A stretch of DNA of 36,220 bases from an uncultured Gammaproteobacteria bacterium. GTDB taxonomy: Bacteria; Patescibacteriota; Patescibacteriia; UBA2591; JBAYNP01. The notes under the pieces are model-generated. The model worked only from the letters and a program-made list of their open reading frames with translations, ran no database searches and was not told the DNA's origin. The position numbers were made by a program, and so were the translations under genes. The stretch's first letter is position 1; each line of letters starts with the position of its first letter. Of this stretch, positions 15,075-22,836 are shown piece after piece. The stretch covers positions 1 through 36,220 of the forward strand of contig CAZJMI010000001.1 of the NCBI GenBank assembly GCA_964547305.1, written 5' to 3'.

Positions 15075-17219
15075 ATGGAAAACCCAATAGAGCAACCAAA
15101 ATTAGTAGAAACAAAAAAAGTCAAGAGTGGCGGTGGGGAAACGGCGGAAAATCAGCGCGCCGAAAACAAACATGCCGAGGCAGTGGCATTTTTTGAAAAT
15201 AACCGCGATTATTTTGATAGCTACGCCGGAGGTCGGGTAAATATAGAACCGGCTCCGCCGAGTATTCCAACTTTTGCTTTTGATTTGGAAAAAACGCCTC
15301 CGACTATCTATGTCAATTCCATGTTTTATAAAAAACAGGGACTTTCGGATGTTAAGACGCGCTTTGCAATTTGTCATGAGATAGAGCACTTTTTGGAAAA
15401 AATGAATATGCTAGACGAATATGGCGGTGAAAAGAAATTTGAAAGGTATTTAAAAAAACTGAAAAGCTCAAGGTGGGAAAAATTATTGGATAATTGTGTC
15501 GCGGATATTAGAGAAAATCGGTCGGTGGTAGCGAGAACTAATGAAGCCGAAAGAGAGCTGGAGATTAAAATGTATCAAGAAGATTTATTTCCAACAACGG
15601 ACTTTACCGAGCAACCCAAGCACATTCAATTTGCGGAGGCGCTTTTGAGAGAGGCGCGCGTGCCGGATGAGAAATGCCAAGTGGCACCGGAGGTTAGGCA
15701 GGCGTTGGATGAATTAGTCGCAGAAGCGGCGAAAATTAAAAAAACAAAAAATATAGACCTGATGGACATTTTGACTCATCCAGAGACCCCGATGTCTAAG
15801 CGGTTGCAGTTACAGGAAAAGTTTATTGAGCCGAAAATGAAAAAACTTTTAGAGCAGGACATTGAGGATAAAAAGAAGCAAAAAAAGAAGGGTGAAAAAG
15901 GTGAAAAAGGTGAAAAAGGCGAGCAGGGCGAAGGAGAGCAAGGAGAGGGTGGGCAAGCGGATAGCGAACAGCATGAGGATAAAAAAGATAAAAACAAAGA
16001 TAAGGGCAAAAGTGGGGACGAGAAAAAAGATAATTCTGAAAAGAACGGGGAAAAGAATGAAAATAATAAGGACGAGGAGGGTGAGCAAGAAAAAAATGCC
16101 GATGAAAAGAACGAAGAGAAAGGCGAAAAGGGAGCCGGCGGTCAAGAGCAAGAAGAGACCGATCCCGATAAAATATTTTCTGATGATTATGAGGCGGTAG
16201 AAAAGAAATTTCCCGAAGCTATGCCCATAGAAGAGGCAGAAAAGGCCTTAAAAGAATGGCAAGTCAAACAAAAAGAAAATAGTCCCGAAAGAATGCTGGA
16301 CAGGGCGGATGAAGAGTATGCCAGGAAAATCGGGGTAAAAAAAGAGGATTTGCAAAACTACAGAAACGCGGTTAAAGCGCTGGAAAAAATAATCAATCCA
16401 GAAACCAATGTGGCGGTTTTGGAGGAATTGAAAGACCTCTTTGCCAGAATAATCGCCAAAAGGATTAAACCGGTGCCCGCGCCAAAATATCCGGTAGATG
16501 AAGGCGAAGAATTGGTTGATGTGGTGGGAGCAGTGGTAGAACCGCGAGCCGGGAATTTACAGCCCAGAGTTTGGGAGACCACGGAAATCAAAGAGAAAAA
16601 AGGCGACCGTTTCGGTGAGGTGGAGATTACTTTGGTTTGCGACCGTTCCGGTTCCATGCAAGAGGGGCAAAAAGCGCCCGAACAGCGCAAATCGGCGATT
16701 TTAATGATGCGGGCATTAAAGGAATTTGCCGAAATGTGTGAAGAAGAAAAAATAAATTTAGAAAAATCATTGGAAATAAAATCGGAAATTTACAGTTTTG
16801 CCAATAGCGCGGAAGATGGCGCGCCAATAAAGAAAATGTCCGCCGAGCTGGGCGAGGTTGAACAGATAATAGTATTGAAAAAATTGTACGATTTGTCCGG
16901 CGGCCGCACTACCGATTTTAATTGTCTGGAGGCAATCAGTGTCAAGATGGATGATGAGATTAAGCGAAAGATCAAAGATGGCGAACTGAAGAAAATTGTC
17001 ATTATCTTTACCGATGGGGGAAGTCACGGCGTGGAGCGAGTACAAGTGGCTTTAAAAACTTTGCGCGATGACGGCGTGGCGGCTATAGGAATAGGCGTCA
17101 CCGCCACGGGCGCAGAGGTCTTAACTACTTACGCGCCGGATGCCCTAGTGGTGGAAGAAGTGACTAGATTGCCGCTGGTTTTGGGCGACCTGCTCAAGGA
17201 ACATTTGAAGGACTTGTAA
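15075..17219 (+). CDS. HExxH metallopeptidase-like N-domain, K/E/G low-complexity linker, and C-terminal vWA domain protein
   Basis: FAICHEIEHFLEKM supplies HExxH. A ~110-aa linker rich in K/E/G spans roughly 15850-16170. The vWA MIDAS is VEITLVCDRSGSM ... GGRTTDF ... VIIFTDGGSHG. The combination resembles DUF2201_N plus VWA partners of MoxR-type ATPases; this rests on pattern recognition only. Confidence 0.75.
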   Translation: MENPIEQPKLVETKKVKSGGGETAENQRAENKHAEAVAFFENNRDYFDSYAGGRVNIEPAPPSIPTFAFDLEKTPPTIYVNSMFYKKQGLSDVKTRFAICHEIEHFLEKMNMLDEYGGEKKFERYLKKLKSSRWEKLLDNCVADIRENRSVVARTNEAERELEIKMYQEDLFPTTDFTEQPKHIQFAEALLREARVPDEKCQVAPEVRQALDELVAEAAKIKKTKNIDLMDILTHPETPMSKRLQLQEKFIEPKMKKLLEQDIEDKKKQKKKGEKGEKGEKGEQGEGEQGEGGQADSEQHEDKKDKNKDKGKSGDEKKDNSEKNGEKNENNKDEEGEQEKNADEKNEEKGEKGAGGQEQEETDPDKIFSDDYEAVEKKFPEAMPIEEAEKALKEWQVKQKENSPERMLDRADEEYARKIGVKKEDLQNYRNAVKALEKIINPETNVAVLEELKDLFARIIAKRIKPVPAPKYPVDEGEELVDVVGAVVEPRAGNLQPRVWETTEIKEKKGDRFGEVEITLVCDRSGSMQEGQKAPEQRKSAILMMRALKEFAEMCEEEKINLEKSLEIKSEIYSFANSAEDGAPIKKMSAELGEVEQIIVLKKLYDLSGGRTTDFNCLEAISVKMDDEIKRKIKDGELKKIVIIFTDGGSHGVERVQVALKTLRDDGVAAIGIGVTATGAEVLTTYAPDALVVEEVTRLPLVLGDLLKEHLKDL
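15891..15917 (+). repeat. Tandem 9-nt repeat (GGTGAAAAA x3) inside a purine-rich low-complexity tract
   Basis: GGTGAAAAAGGTGAAAAAGGTGAAAAA encodes GEKGEKGEK. It is followed by the degenerate GGCGAGCAGGGCGAAGGAGAGCAAGGAGAG. Confidence 0.8.
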
Positions 17220-17235
17220 TTTAAATTATAAAAAT

Positions 17236-18285
17236 ATGAAAAATGAATTTTCGGAGCTAAAACTGTCGAAAAAAGTCGTTCCAAAACAAGAAAAGGATGG
17301 AAACCCTGCCCGACAAGAAAAATCGCAAGATGAGTTGCGGACAAGAATGGAAGAGAGAATTAAACTTTTGTCGGCAGACCTAGACCAAAAAATAGCGGAT
17401 TATAGGCAAGCGAAGAAAGAAGGTTTATTTGAAGACCAGGATGGCGAGACTGAAGGTAGCGGAGAAAATAGAAGAAAAGCAGCTCTGGAAGAAATGAATG
17501 TTATTGGCGACCGTGGAGTAAAAATGCGGGATATGCTAGATAGAGGAGAGGGCTTGCCACAATTTCAGAGTGAGATTTCTACTGCCTACAAGTATACTAT
17601 TGAAGAAACCGATCCACAGACAAACAAGGTGGCTAAAGTGGAAAAAAACGAAAAGATTAATATAGACATAGAACAAAAAATAACCGATTTCAAAAAACTG
17701 TATAAAGATACAGGAGTAAGCACTCCTAAAAATTTTGAAGATATTATTCTAAACATTTGGAATGATAATTATGACGCTATCCAGGCAGAAATTGAAAAAT
17801 ATGGTTTTGACGAAGTCCTGCTCATCCCACCCATCACCGACCTAGCCGACTTGGCGGAAAAGATGAAAACTACCGACAGGGATCACTCGTTGAGCGATAA
17901 CTTCAAGGATGGCGGTGGCTGGGCCGGAGCTAAAAGCCAGCATACCAACCAGCCACGGATAGTTCTCGTCCACAAGGTCAAAGAGCTTGATAACCATCCC
18001 GCGACTCAAGCTACATTAGGTAAAACAGGACAAGAGATAATAGATGACCCGGAGTTGGGATATAAGGGAATATTAGACCTGGGCGAGTACCTTATTTTTC
18101 AAAAGAAATATTTTGATGAAACTGGCGGACATTTAGATGAAAATAAATGGGTTTGGTTAGCCACTAAATCGGGCGTTCGTCTCGTCAACGCTATTTGGGA
18201 TTCTGGCAGGCTCCATGTGTCTGCCGATGGCCTTGACGTTCAGTTTGACCATTTGGGCGCTCGCCCCTCCCGCAGTTTCTCATGA
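17236..18285 (+). CDS. DGR target 2: charged N-terminal region plus a paralogous C-terminal lectin-like module carrying VR2
   Basis: The C-terminal ~200 aa (IQAEIEKYGFDEVLLIPPITDLADLAEKMKTT...WVWLATKSGVRLVNAIWDSGRLHVSADGLDVQFDHLGARPSRSFS*) parallel the C-terminus of target 1. The last 101 coding nt before RSFS* form VR2. Confidence 0.85.
   Translation: MKNEFSELKLSKKVVPKQEKDGNPARQEKSQDELRTRMEERIKLLSADLDQKIADYRQAKKEGLFEDQDGETEGSGENRRKAALEEMNVIGDRGVKMRDMLDRGEGLPQFQSEISTAYKYTIEETDPQTNKVAKVEKNEKINIDIEQKITDFKKLYKDTGVSTPKNFEDIILNIWNDNYDAIQAEIEKYGFDEVLLIPPITDLADLAEKMKTTDRDHSLSDNFKDGGGWAGAKSQHTNQPRIVLVHKVKELDNHPATQATLGKTGQEIIDDPELGYKGILDLGEYLIFQKKYFDETGGHLDENKWVWLATKSGVRLVNAIWDSGRLHVSADGLDVQFDHLGARPSRSFS
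18170..18270 (+). repeat. DGR variable repeat 2 (VR2)
   Basis: It aligns without gaps to the TR over 101 nt. There are 14 differences: 13 at TR adenines and 1 elsewhere (the same T/G site as in VR1). Confidence 0.9.
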
Positions 18286-18417
18286 GGTAGCTTGTAGCTT
18301 GAGTACTTTTAACTTCTTGTCCCTTGTTACTTTTTTATTTTTATTTTTTACCCACCCTTGAACCCCGCCCACAAATAGTGTAAAATAGGGGCAGTTTTTA
18401 ATTTTAAACATAAAGTT

Positions 18418-21069
18418 ATGTCAGACAAAAAATTCGTGTACTATTTCGGTGAGGGTGACGGCAGTATGAAAGCCATTTTGGGCGGCAAGGGCGCCAATCT
18501 GTCGGAAATGTTAAAAATGGGGATTCCGGTGCCGCCGGGTTTTACGGTGGGGACGGAGGTTTGCGATTTGTATTACAAGAGCGACAAGCAATATCCGGAC
18601 TATATTAAAGCCGAGGTGGACGAATATTTGACGCGGCTGGAAACGGAAATGGGTAAAAAGCTGGGCGCTGCCGAGGACCCGCTTTTGGTGTCGGTGCGTT
18701 CGGGGGCGGCGGTTTCCATGCCCGGGATGATGGACACGGTTTTGAATCTGGGTCTCAATGACAAGTCGGTGGAAGGTCTGGCGAGCAAGACGGGCAATCG
18801 GCGTTTTGCCATGGATTCGTATCGGCGGTTTTTGCAAATGTATGGCGATGTGGTGCTGGGAGTCAAACACTCGTCTTTTGAAAAGATTTTGCATGGCACC
18901 AAAGAAGCCAAGGGTGTGAAATTTGATACCGAGCTGGATGAAAACGATTTGGCGGGGGTGATTGAAAAATACAAGGCAGCTACCAAAGAGGAAATCGGGC
19001 GGGACTTTCCGCAGGACCCGCAGGAGCAACTTTGGGGCGCGATTGACGCGGTTTTTAGCTCTTGGAATAACGAGCGGGCGATTTCTTATCGTAGAATTAA
19101 TGAAATTACCGGTTTGATCGGTACGGCGGTCAATGTGCAAGCTATGGTTTTTGGCAATATGGGTGAAAATTCCGGCACCGGTGTGGCTTTTACGCGCAAT
19201 CCGGCGACGGGTGAGAACAAAATTTATGGCGAGTATCTGATGAACGCGCAAGGCGAGGATGTGGTGGCTGGTATTCGCACGCCGAAAATGATTAGCGAGC
19301 TGGAAGTGGCGCAACCGGAGATTTACCAGCAATTCGCGGAAATTATGGCGCGGTTGGAAAAGAATTATAAGGATATGCAGGATACGGAATTTACCATTCA
19401 AGAGGGCAAGCTGTATTTTTTACAAACTCGTTCCGGTAAGCGCACGGCGCAAGCGGCGGTGCGAGTGGCGGTGGAAATGTGTGGCGAGGGCTTGATCACC
19501 AAAGAAGAAGCGGTTTTGCGGGTGGACCCGAAACAATTAGACCAACTTTTACATAGACAGCTGGATGTGGAGGCGAAAAAAGCAGCGACTTTGATCGCTA
19601 AAGGTTTAGCGGCTAGTCCGGGTGCGGCGGTGGGAAAAATCGTCTTTACGGCTTCTAAGGCACAGGCATGGGTGCAGGAGGGCGAGGCGGTGATTCTGGT
19701 GCGCCAGGAGACCTCACCAGAGGATATAGAGGGCATGCACGCGGCGAAGGGTATTTTGACTGCTACTGGCGGTATGACCTCGCACGCGGCGGTGGTGGCG
19801 CGCGGTATGGGTAAGTGTTGTGTGGCGGGTTGTAGCGGTATCGGTGTCAATGAAGAGGCGGAGACCTTGACTATTGTCGATGGTGGGCAGATTTTGAAAG
19901 AAGGGGATTATCTGACTTTGGATGGTAATACCGGTGAGGTCTTCGCGGGAGAAATAAAAACCGTGGAGCCGGAATTAAGCGGCGATTTTGAGACCCTGAT
20001 GGCTTGGGCGGATGAGTTTAGAAAATTGGGCGTGCGTGCTAATGCTGATACTCCGAAAGACGCGCAGACCGCGAAAAAATTTGGCGCGGAGGGTATCGGA
20101 CTTTGTCGCACGGAACATATGTTTTTTGAAACCGAGCGTATCAAAGCGGTGCGTGAAATGATTTTATCGGAAGATGAAGCCGGGCGCGAAGTGGCTTTGG
20201 AAAAAATTCGTCCGATGCAAGAAGGGGATTTTTATCAGTTGTTCAAAGAAATGGATGGTATGGGGGTGACGATTCGCTTTTTGGATCCTCCTTTGCATGA
20301 ATTTTTGCCGCAAGCAGAAGATGATATCGTGGAATTGGCGGGCGAGATGGGCGTGGCGGTAGAAAAATTGCGTGCGACTATTGCCAGTTTGCACGAATTT
20401 AATCCCATGCTGGGACATCGCGGTTGTCGTCTAGCCATTACCTATCCGGAAATTGCGGTCATGCAGACCAAGGCGGTGATTGGCGCGGCTTTGCGGGCGA
20501 AAAAAGAGGGTTTAAATCCGCAGCCGGAAATTATGATTCCTTTGGTGGGCAAGCCGGAAGAATTAACTTATTTGGAAAAAATCGTGCGTGCGACGGCGGA
20601 TGAGATGATTGGCGCGGCGGACGCGGAAGGTGGCGCGGGCGCGGATTTGCATTATAAATTCGGGACGATGATTGAAGTGCCACGCGCGGCAGTGGTGGCG
20701 GATGAGATTGCCAAGACGGCGGAATTTTTCTCTTTTGGGACGAATGATTTGACGCAGATGACTTTCGGATTTTCGCGTGATGACGCGGGGAAATTTATCA
20801 AGGATTATTTGGCTAAAGGAATTTTGGAGAAAGATCCATTTCAGAGTATCGATCGTGCGGGTGTCGGAGAGCTGATTAAAATGGCATGTGAACGGGGGCG
20901 GGCGACGAGGCCGGATATTAAACTGGGAATATGCGGGGAGCATGGTGGCGACCCGGATTCTATCGAATTTTGTCAGCAAGTCGGCTTGGATTACGTCAGT
21001 TGTTCGCCTTTCCGTGTGCCGATTGCACGGCTGGCGGCGGCACAGGCGGCGTTGCGGGGGAGGCAATAG
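18418..21069 (+). CDS. ppdK: Pyruvate, phosphate dikinase
   Basis: 883 aa. The N-terminus is FVYYFGEGDGSMKAILGGKGANLSEMLKMGIPVPPGFTV. The phospho-His loop is TATGGMTSHAAVVARGMGKCCV. The C-terminal PEP-utilising TIM domain shows GLCRTEHMF ... FFSFGTNDLTQ ... GICGEHGGDP. Confidence 0.95.
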   Translation: MSDKKFVYYFGEGDGSMKAILGGKGANLSEMLKMGIPVPPGFTVGTEVCDLYYKSDKQYPDYIKAEVDEYLTRLETEMGKKLGAAEDPLLVSVRSGAAVSMPGMMDTVLNLGLNDKSVEGLASKTGNRRFAMDSYRRFLQMYGDVVLGVKHSSFEKILHGTKEAKGVKFDTELDENDLAGVIEKYKAATKEEIGRDFPQDPQEQLWGAIDAVFSSWNNERAISYRRINEITGLIGTAVNVQAMVFGNMGENSGTGVAFTRNPATGENKIYGEYLMNAQGEDVVAGIRTPKMISELEVAQPEIYQQFAEIMARLEKNYKDMQDTEFTIQEGKLYFLQTRSGKRTAQAAVRVAVEMCGEGLITKEEAVLRVDPKQLDQLLHRQLDVEAKKAATLIAKGLAASPGAAVGKIVFTASKAQAWVQEGEAVILVRQETSPEDIEGMHAAKGILTATGGMTSHAAVVARGMGKCCVAGCSGIGVNEEAETLTIVDGGQILKEGDYLTLDGNTGEVFAGEIKTVEPELSGDFETLMAWADEFRKLGVRANADTPKDAQTAKKFGAEGIGLCRTEHMFFETERIKAVREMILSEDEAGREVALEKIRPMQEGDFYQLFKEMDGMGVTIRFLDPPLHEFLPQAEDDIVELAGEMGVAVEKLRATIASLHEFNPMLGHRGCRLAITYPEIAVMQTKAVIGAALRAKKEGLNPQPEIMIPLVGKPEELTYLEKIVRATADEMIGAADAEGGAGADLHYKFGTMIEVPRAAVVADEIAKTAEFFSFGTNDLTQMTFGFSRDDAGKFIKDYLAKGILEKDPFQSIDRAGVGELIKMACERGRATRPDIKLGICGEHGGDPDSIEFCQQVGLDYVSCSPFRVPIARLAAAQAALRGRQ

Positions 21070-21148
21070 GCCTGTTTTGACTTTTATTGATTAGGTGATA
21101 TAAGATAAATTGAATGGTTTTTTGAAAATATAATTTGAAGGGAGTCAA

Positions 21149-21451
21149 ATGACGGGTAAAACGGGTAAAGACAGCAAAAGTACCGGACGTAGGAAACGCG
21201 GGAAAATGGAACCGTGTCCTCCGGCGCCATATGAGCCGCTGAAAACGGAAATTTGGGGGGATGTAAGTCCTGAATTTAGGAGTCAGCTAAGAGCTATTAT
21301 GGATTTGCCAACAGATGGGGAGGGCGGAGGTAAATTTGGTCAGTTGGTGTCTAATGTCTTAAAGATACAAGAGATGCGAGCGAATACGATGGGGCAAAAG
21401 TCTAGTGGAAAAAAGTCAAAAAATAAAAACAGGAGGGATGAAAATGGGTAA
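21149..21451 (+). CDS. Hypothetical small basic protein
   Basis: ORF of 100 aa with GGGAG upstream. Both termini are Lys/Arg-rich. No recognisable motif. Confidence 0.35.
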   Translation: MTGKTGKDSKSTGRRKRGKMEPCPPAPYEPLKTEIWGDVSPEFRSQLRAIMDLPTDGEGGGKFGQLVSNVLKIQEMRANTMGQKSSGKKSKNKNRRDENG

Positions 21452-21569
21452 GCCCCGGCTTCCTACAGACCTGCAAAATTTAGCGGTAGGCGATGATGTT
21501 GATGGCGGTCTTTTTGGAAGGACGGCCGGAGATATTCTAGCTGGTAAAATAAAAATGCCGGGCCTATAG
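21444..21569 (+). CDS. Possible 41-aa small ORF overlapping the previous stop
   Basis: Below the length cut-off of the ORF track. AGGAGG at 21431-21436 lies 7 nt before the ATG at 21444, and TAG is at 21567-21569. Translation: MGKPRLPTDLQNLAVGDDVDGGLFGRTAGDILAGKIKMPGL. Confidence 0.25.
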   Translation: MGKPRLPTDLQNLAVGDDVDGGLFGRTAGDILAGKIKMPGL

Positions 21570-21576
21570 GGGTTTT

Positions 21577-21608
21577 GTCGTTACCTCTTTAACAAAAACG
21601 ACTTTTTT
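21577..21608 (+). terminator. Possible terminator hairpin between convergent genes
   Basis: GTCGTT (21577-21582) pairs with AACGAC (21597-21602), followed by TTTTTT. The 14-nt loop makes it weak. Confidence 0.3.
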
Positions 21609-22347
21609 ATTTGGCGTTTTTCAGCAGGTCGATGATGTATTTTTTGTATTTGATTTGGTCGCGGATGGAATTGAAAACTTCCAAGGCGATGATATCACTA
21701 AAGACGAAATCAGGTAGAGTCTTTAGGTAGTCAAATTCATCGAGGGAGGAGATGGTGTGCACATCTTCATTTTTTTCGTAGGAATAGCCGTTGAGGTGAT
21801 TGCATTTGAAAAGGCGGGGGGTGTTTTTTTGGTTGACTACGAATTCAAATTCTTTGGACCATTTTTCTTCGGCGGCTTTGAAATGTGAAAGGTCAACGCA
21901 GAAGCCACCGATTTTATTAATATCCACGTTTTCGGGTATGCTGTCGTTGTAATTCATTTCCAGGCAGAGCAGGTGATGGTAGCCGTTCCATTTCGGTAAT
22001 TTGGAAAATGAGTTTTCATGAATGGTAAGGCAGGGATTATGGTATTTTTCACAGAGGTATTTTAGCTCGGCTTTGGTCATGTCGTTTTTAATGTGGATTA
22101 AGGGGATTTTTTTGACGCAGCTGGCTTCAAGCGCGGCGTATATCTTTTTGCGTTGGGACTTGTCGAATATTTCAAGAAAAAGAGCGATGGTGTCCAGCCC
22201 GAGAGAATTGATTTCGGATATTTTTTCTTGCCAGTCGTGGTCGGTTTGGCCGGTAAGGCTGAAAAGTATACGGTTGGATAGTTTCTTTTTCGACATGAGG
22301 CTTTTTTGTTGGTTAAAATTAGCGGGCAGATTGTCTTGGGAATACAT
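21607..22347 (-). CDS. Hypothetical protein, possibly a xylose-isomerase-like TIM-barrel (sugar phosphate isomerase/epimerase) fold
   Basis: ORF of 246 aa. LCLEMN (lxxEN-like) and GGFCVDLSHF (DxxH-like) resemble motifs of this family. The start is uncertain: 22347, or 22296 at MSKKK. Confidence 0.4.
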   Translation of the reverse strand: MYSQDNLPANFNQQKSLMSKKKLSNRILFSLTGQTDHDWQEKISEINSLGLDTIALFLEIFDKSQRKKIYAALEASCVKKIPLIHIKNDMTKAELKYLCEKYHNPCLTIHENSFSKLPKWNGYHHLLCLEMNYNDSIPENVDINKIGGFCVDLSHFKAAEEKWSKEFEFVVNQKNTPRLFKCNHLNGYSYEKNEDVHTISSLDEFDYLKTLPDFVFSDIIALEVFNSIRDQIKYKKYIIDLLKNAK

Positions 22348-22483
22348 TAATTATGCCGATTTTGGGCCCGATGGGCAAGGGGGATACTGATTGGTGCGCG
22401 GCGACGGGTTGACTTATTATGTATATTATGATAAGATAAAAGGGTTGAAAATGGTTGTTTAAATTTGAAAAAAGGAGGGTGAG

Positions 22484-22741
22484 ATGCCGAGGGTTAAGAC
22501 AATAGAGGAAAAAGACGGGGAAACTATCCTTTTGATGGCTGCTAGAACTGGTGACGATGAAGATGCTTATGATTACTATTATGAGCATCCGGACCATCCC
22601 GGCTGGGGCAAGTTTCATTGCAGTTGCTATGATATCGAGTATTGTCGGCAGTTGCGGGATGAATGGGTGGCGCAAACAAGGGCTCAAATCGAGAAAAAAT
22701 TTCATAAGACATTCGAGGTGCTTAGTCGGAGGTGTCGATAA
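22484..22741 (+). CDS. Hypothetical small acidic protein
   Basis: ORF of 85 aa with AAAGGAGGG upstream of the ATG. No recognisable family. Confidence 0.45.
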   Translation: MPRVKTIEEKDGETILLMAARTGDDEDAYDYYYEHPDHPGWGKFHCSCYDIEYCRQLRDEWVAQTRAQIEKKFHKTFEVLSRRCR

Positions 22742-22836
22742 TGGGGGCGGTCAAAATGAGACCGTCCTTTTTGGTTGGTTAAAATTGCGGTGGTGGCGGC
22801 TTTTTGCTATAATGCCAGGGTATTTATTAAGGCAAA

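Larger units (their letters stand above)
10757..18285 (+). mobile_element. Diversity-generating retroelement locus: target1/VR1 - TR - avd(-) - RT - vWA gene - target2/VR2
   Basis: This is the sum of the component evidence above. The avd/RT core is markedly more AT-rich than the flanking target genes. Confidence 0.85.

Noticed and set aside
15862-16200. K/R-rich 112-aa ORF and the minus-strand ORFs in the same tract
   Set aside because: They are alternative frames of the purine-rich low-complexity linker of the vWA protein.
18511-19401. 296-aa minus-strand ORF, and other antisense ORFs, inside ppdK
   Set aside because: They are shadow ORFs opposite a confidently identified, highly conserved gene. 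Their Arg/His/Pro-rich composition is typical of antisense frames.
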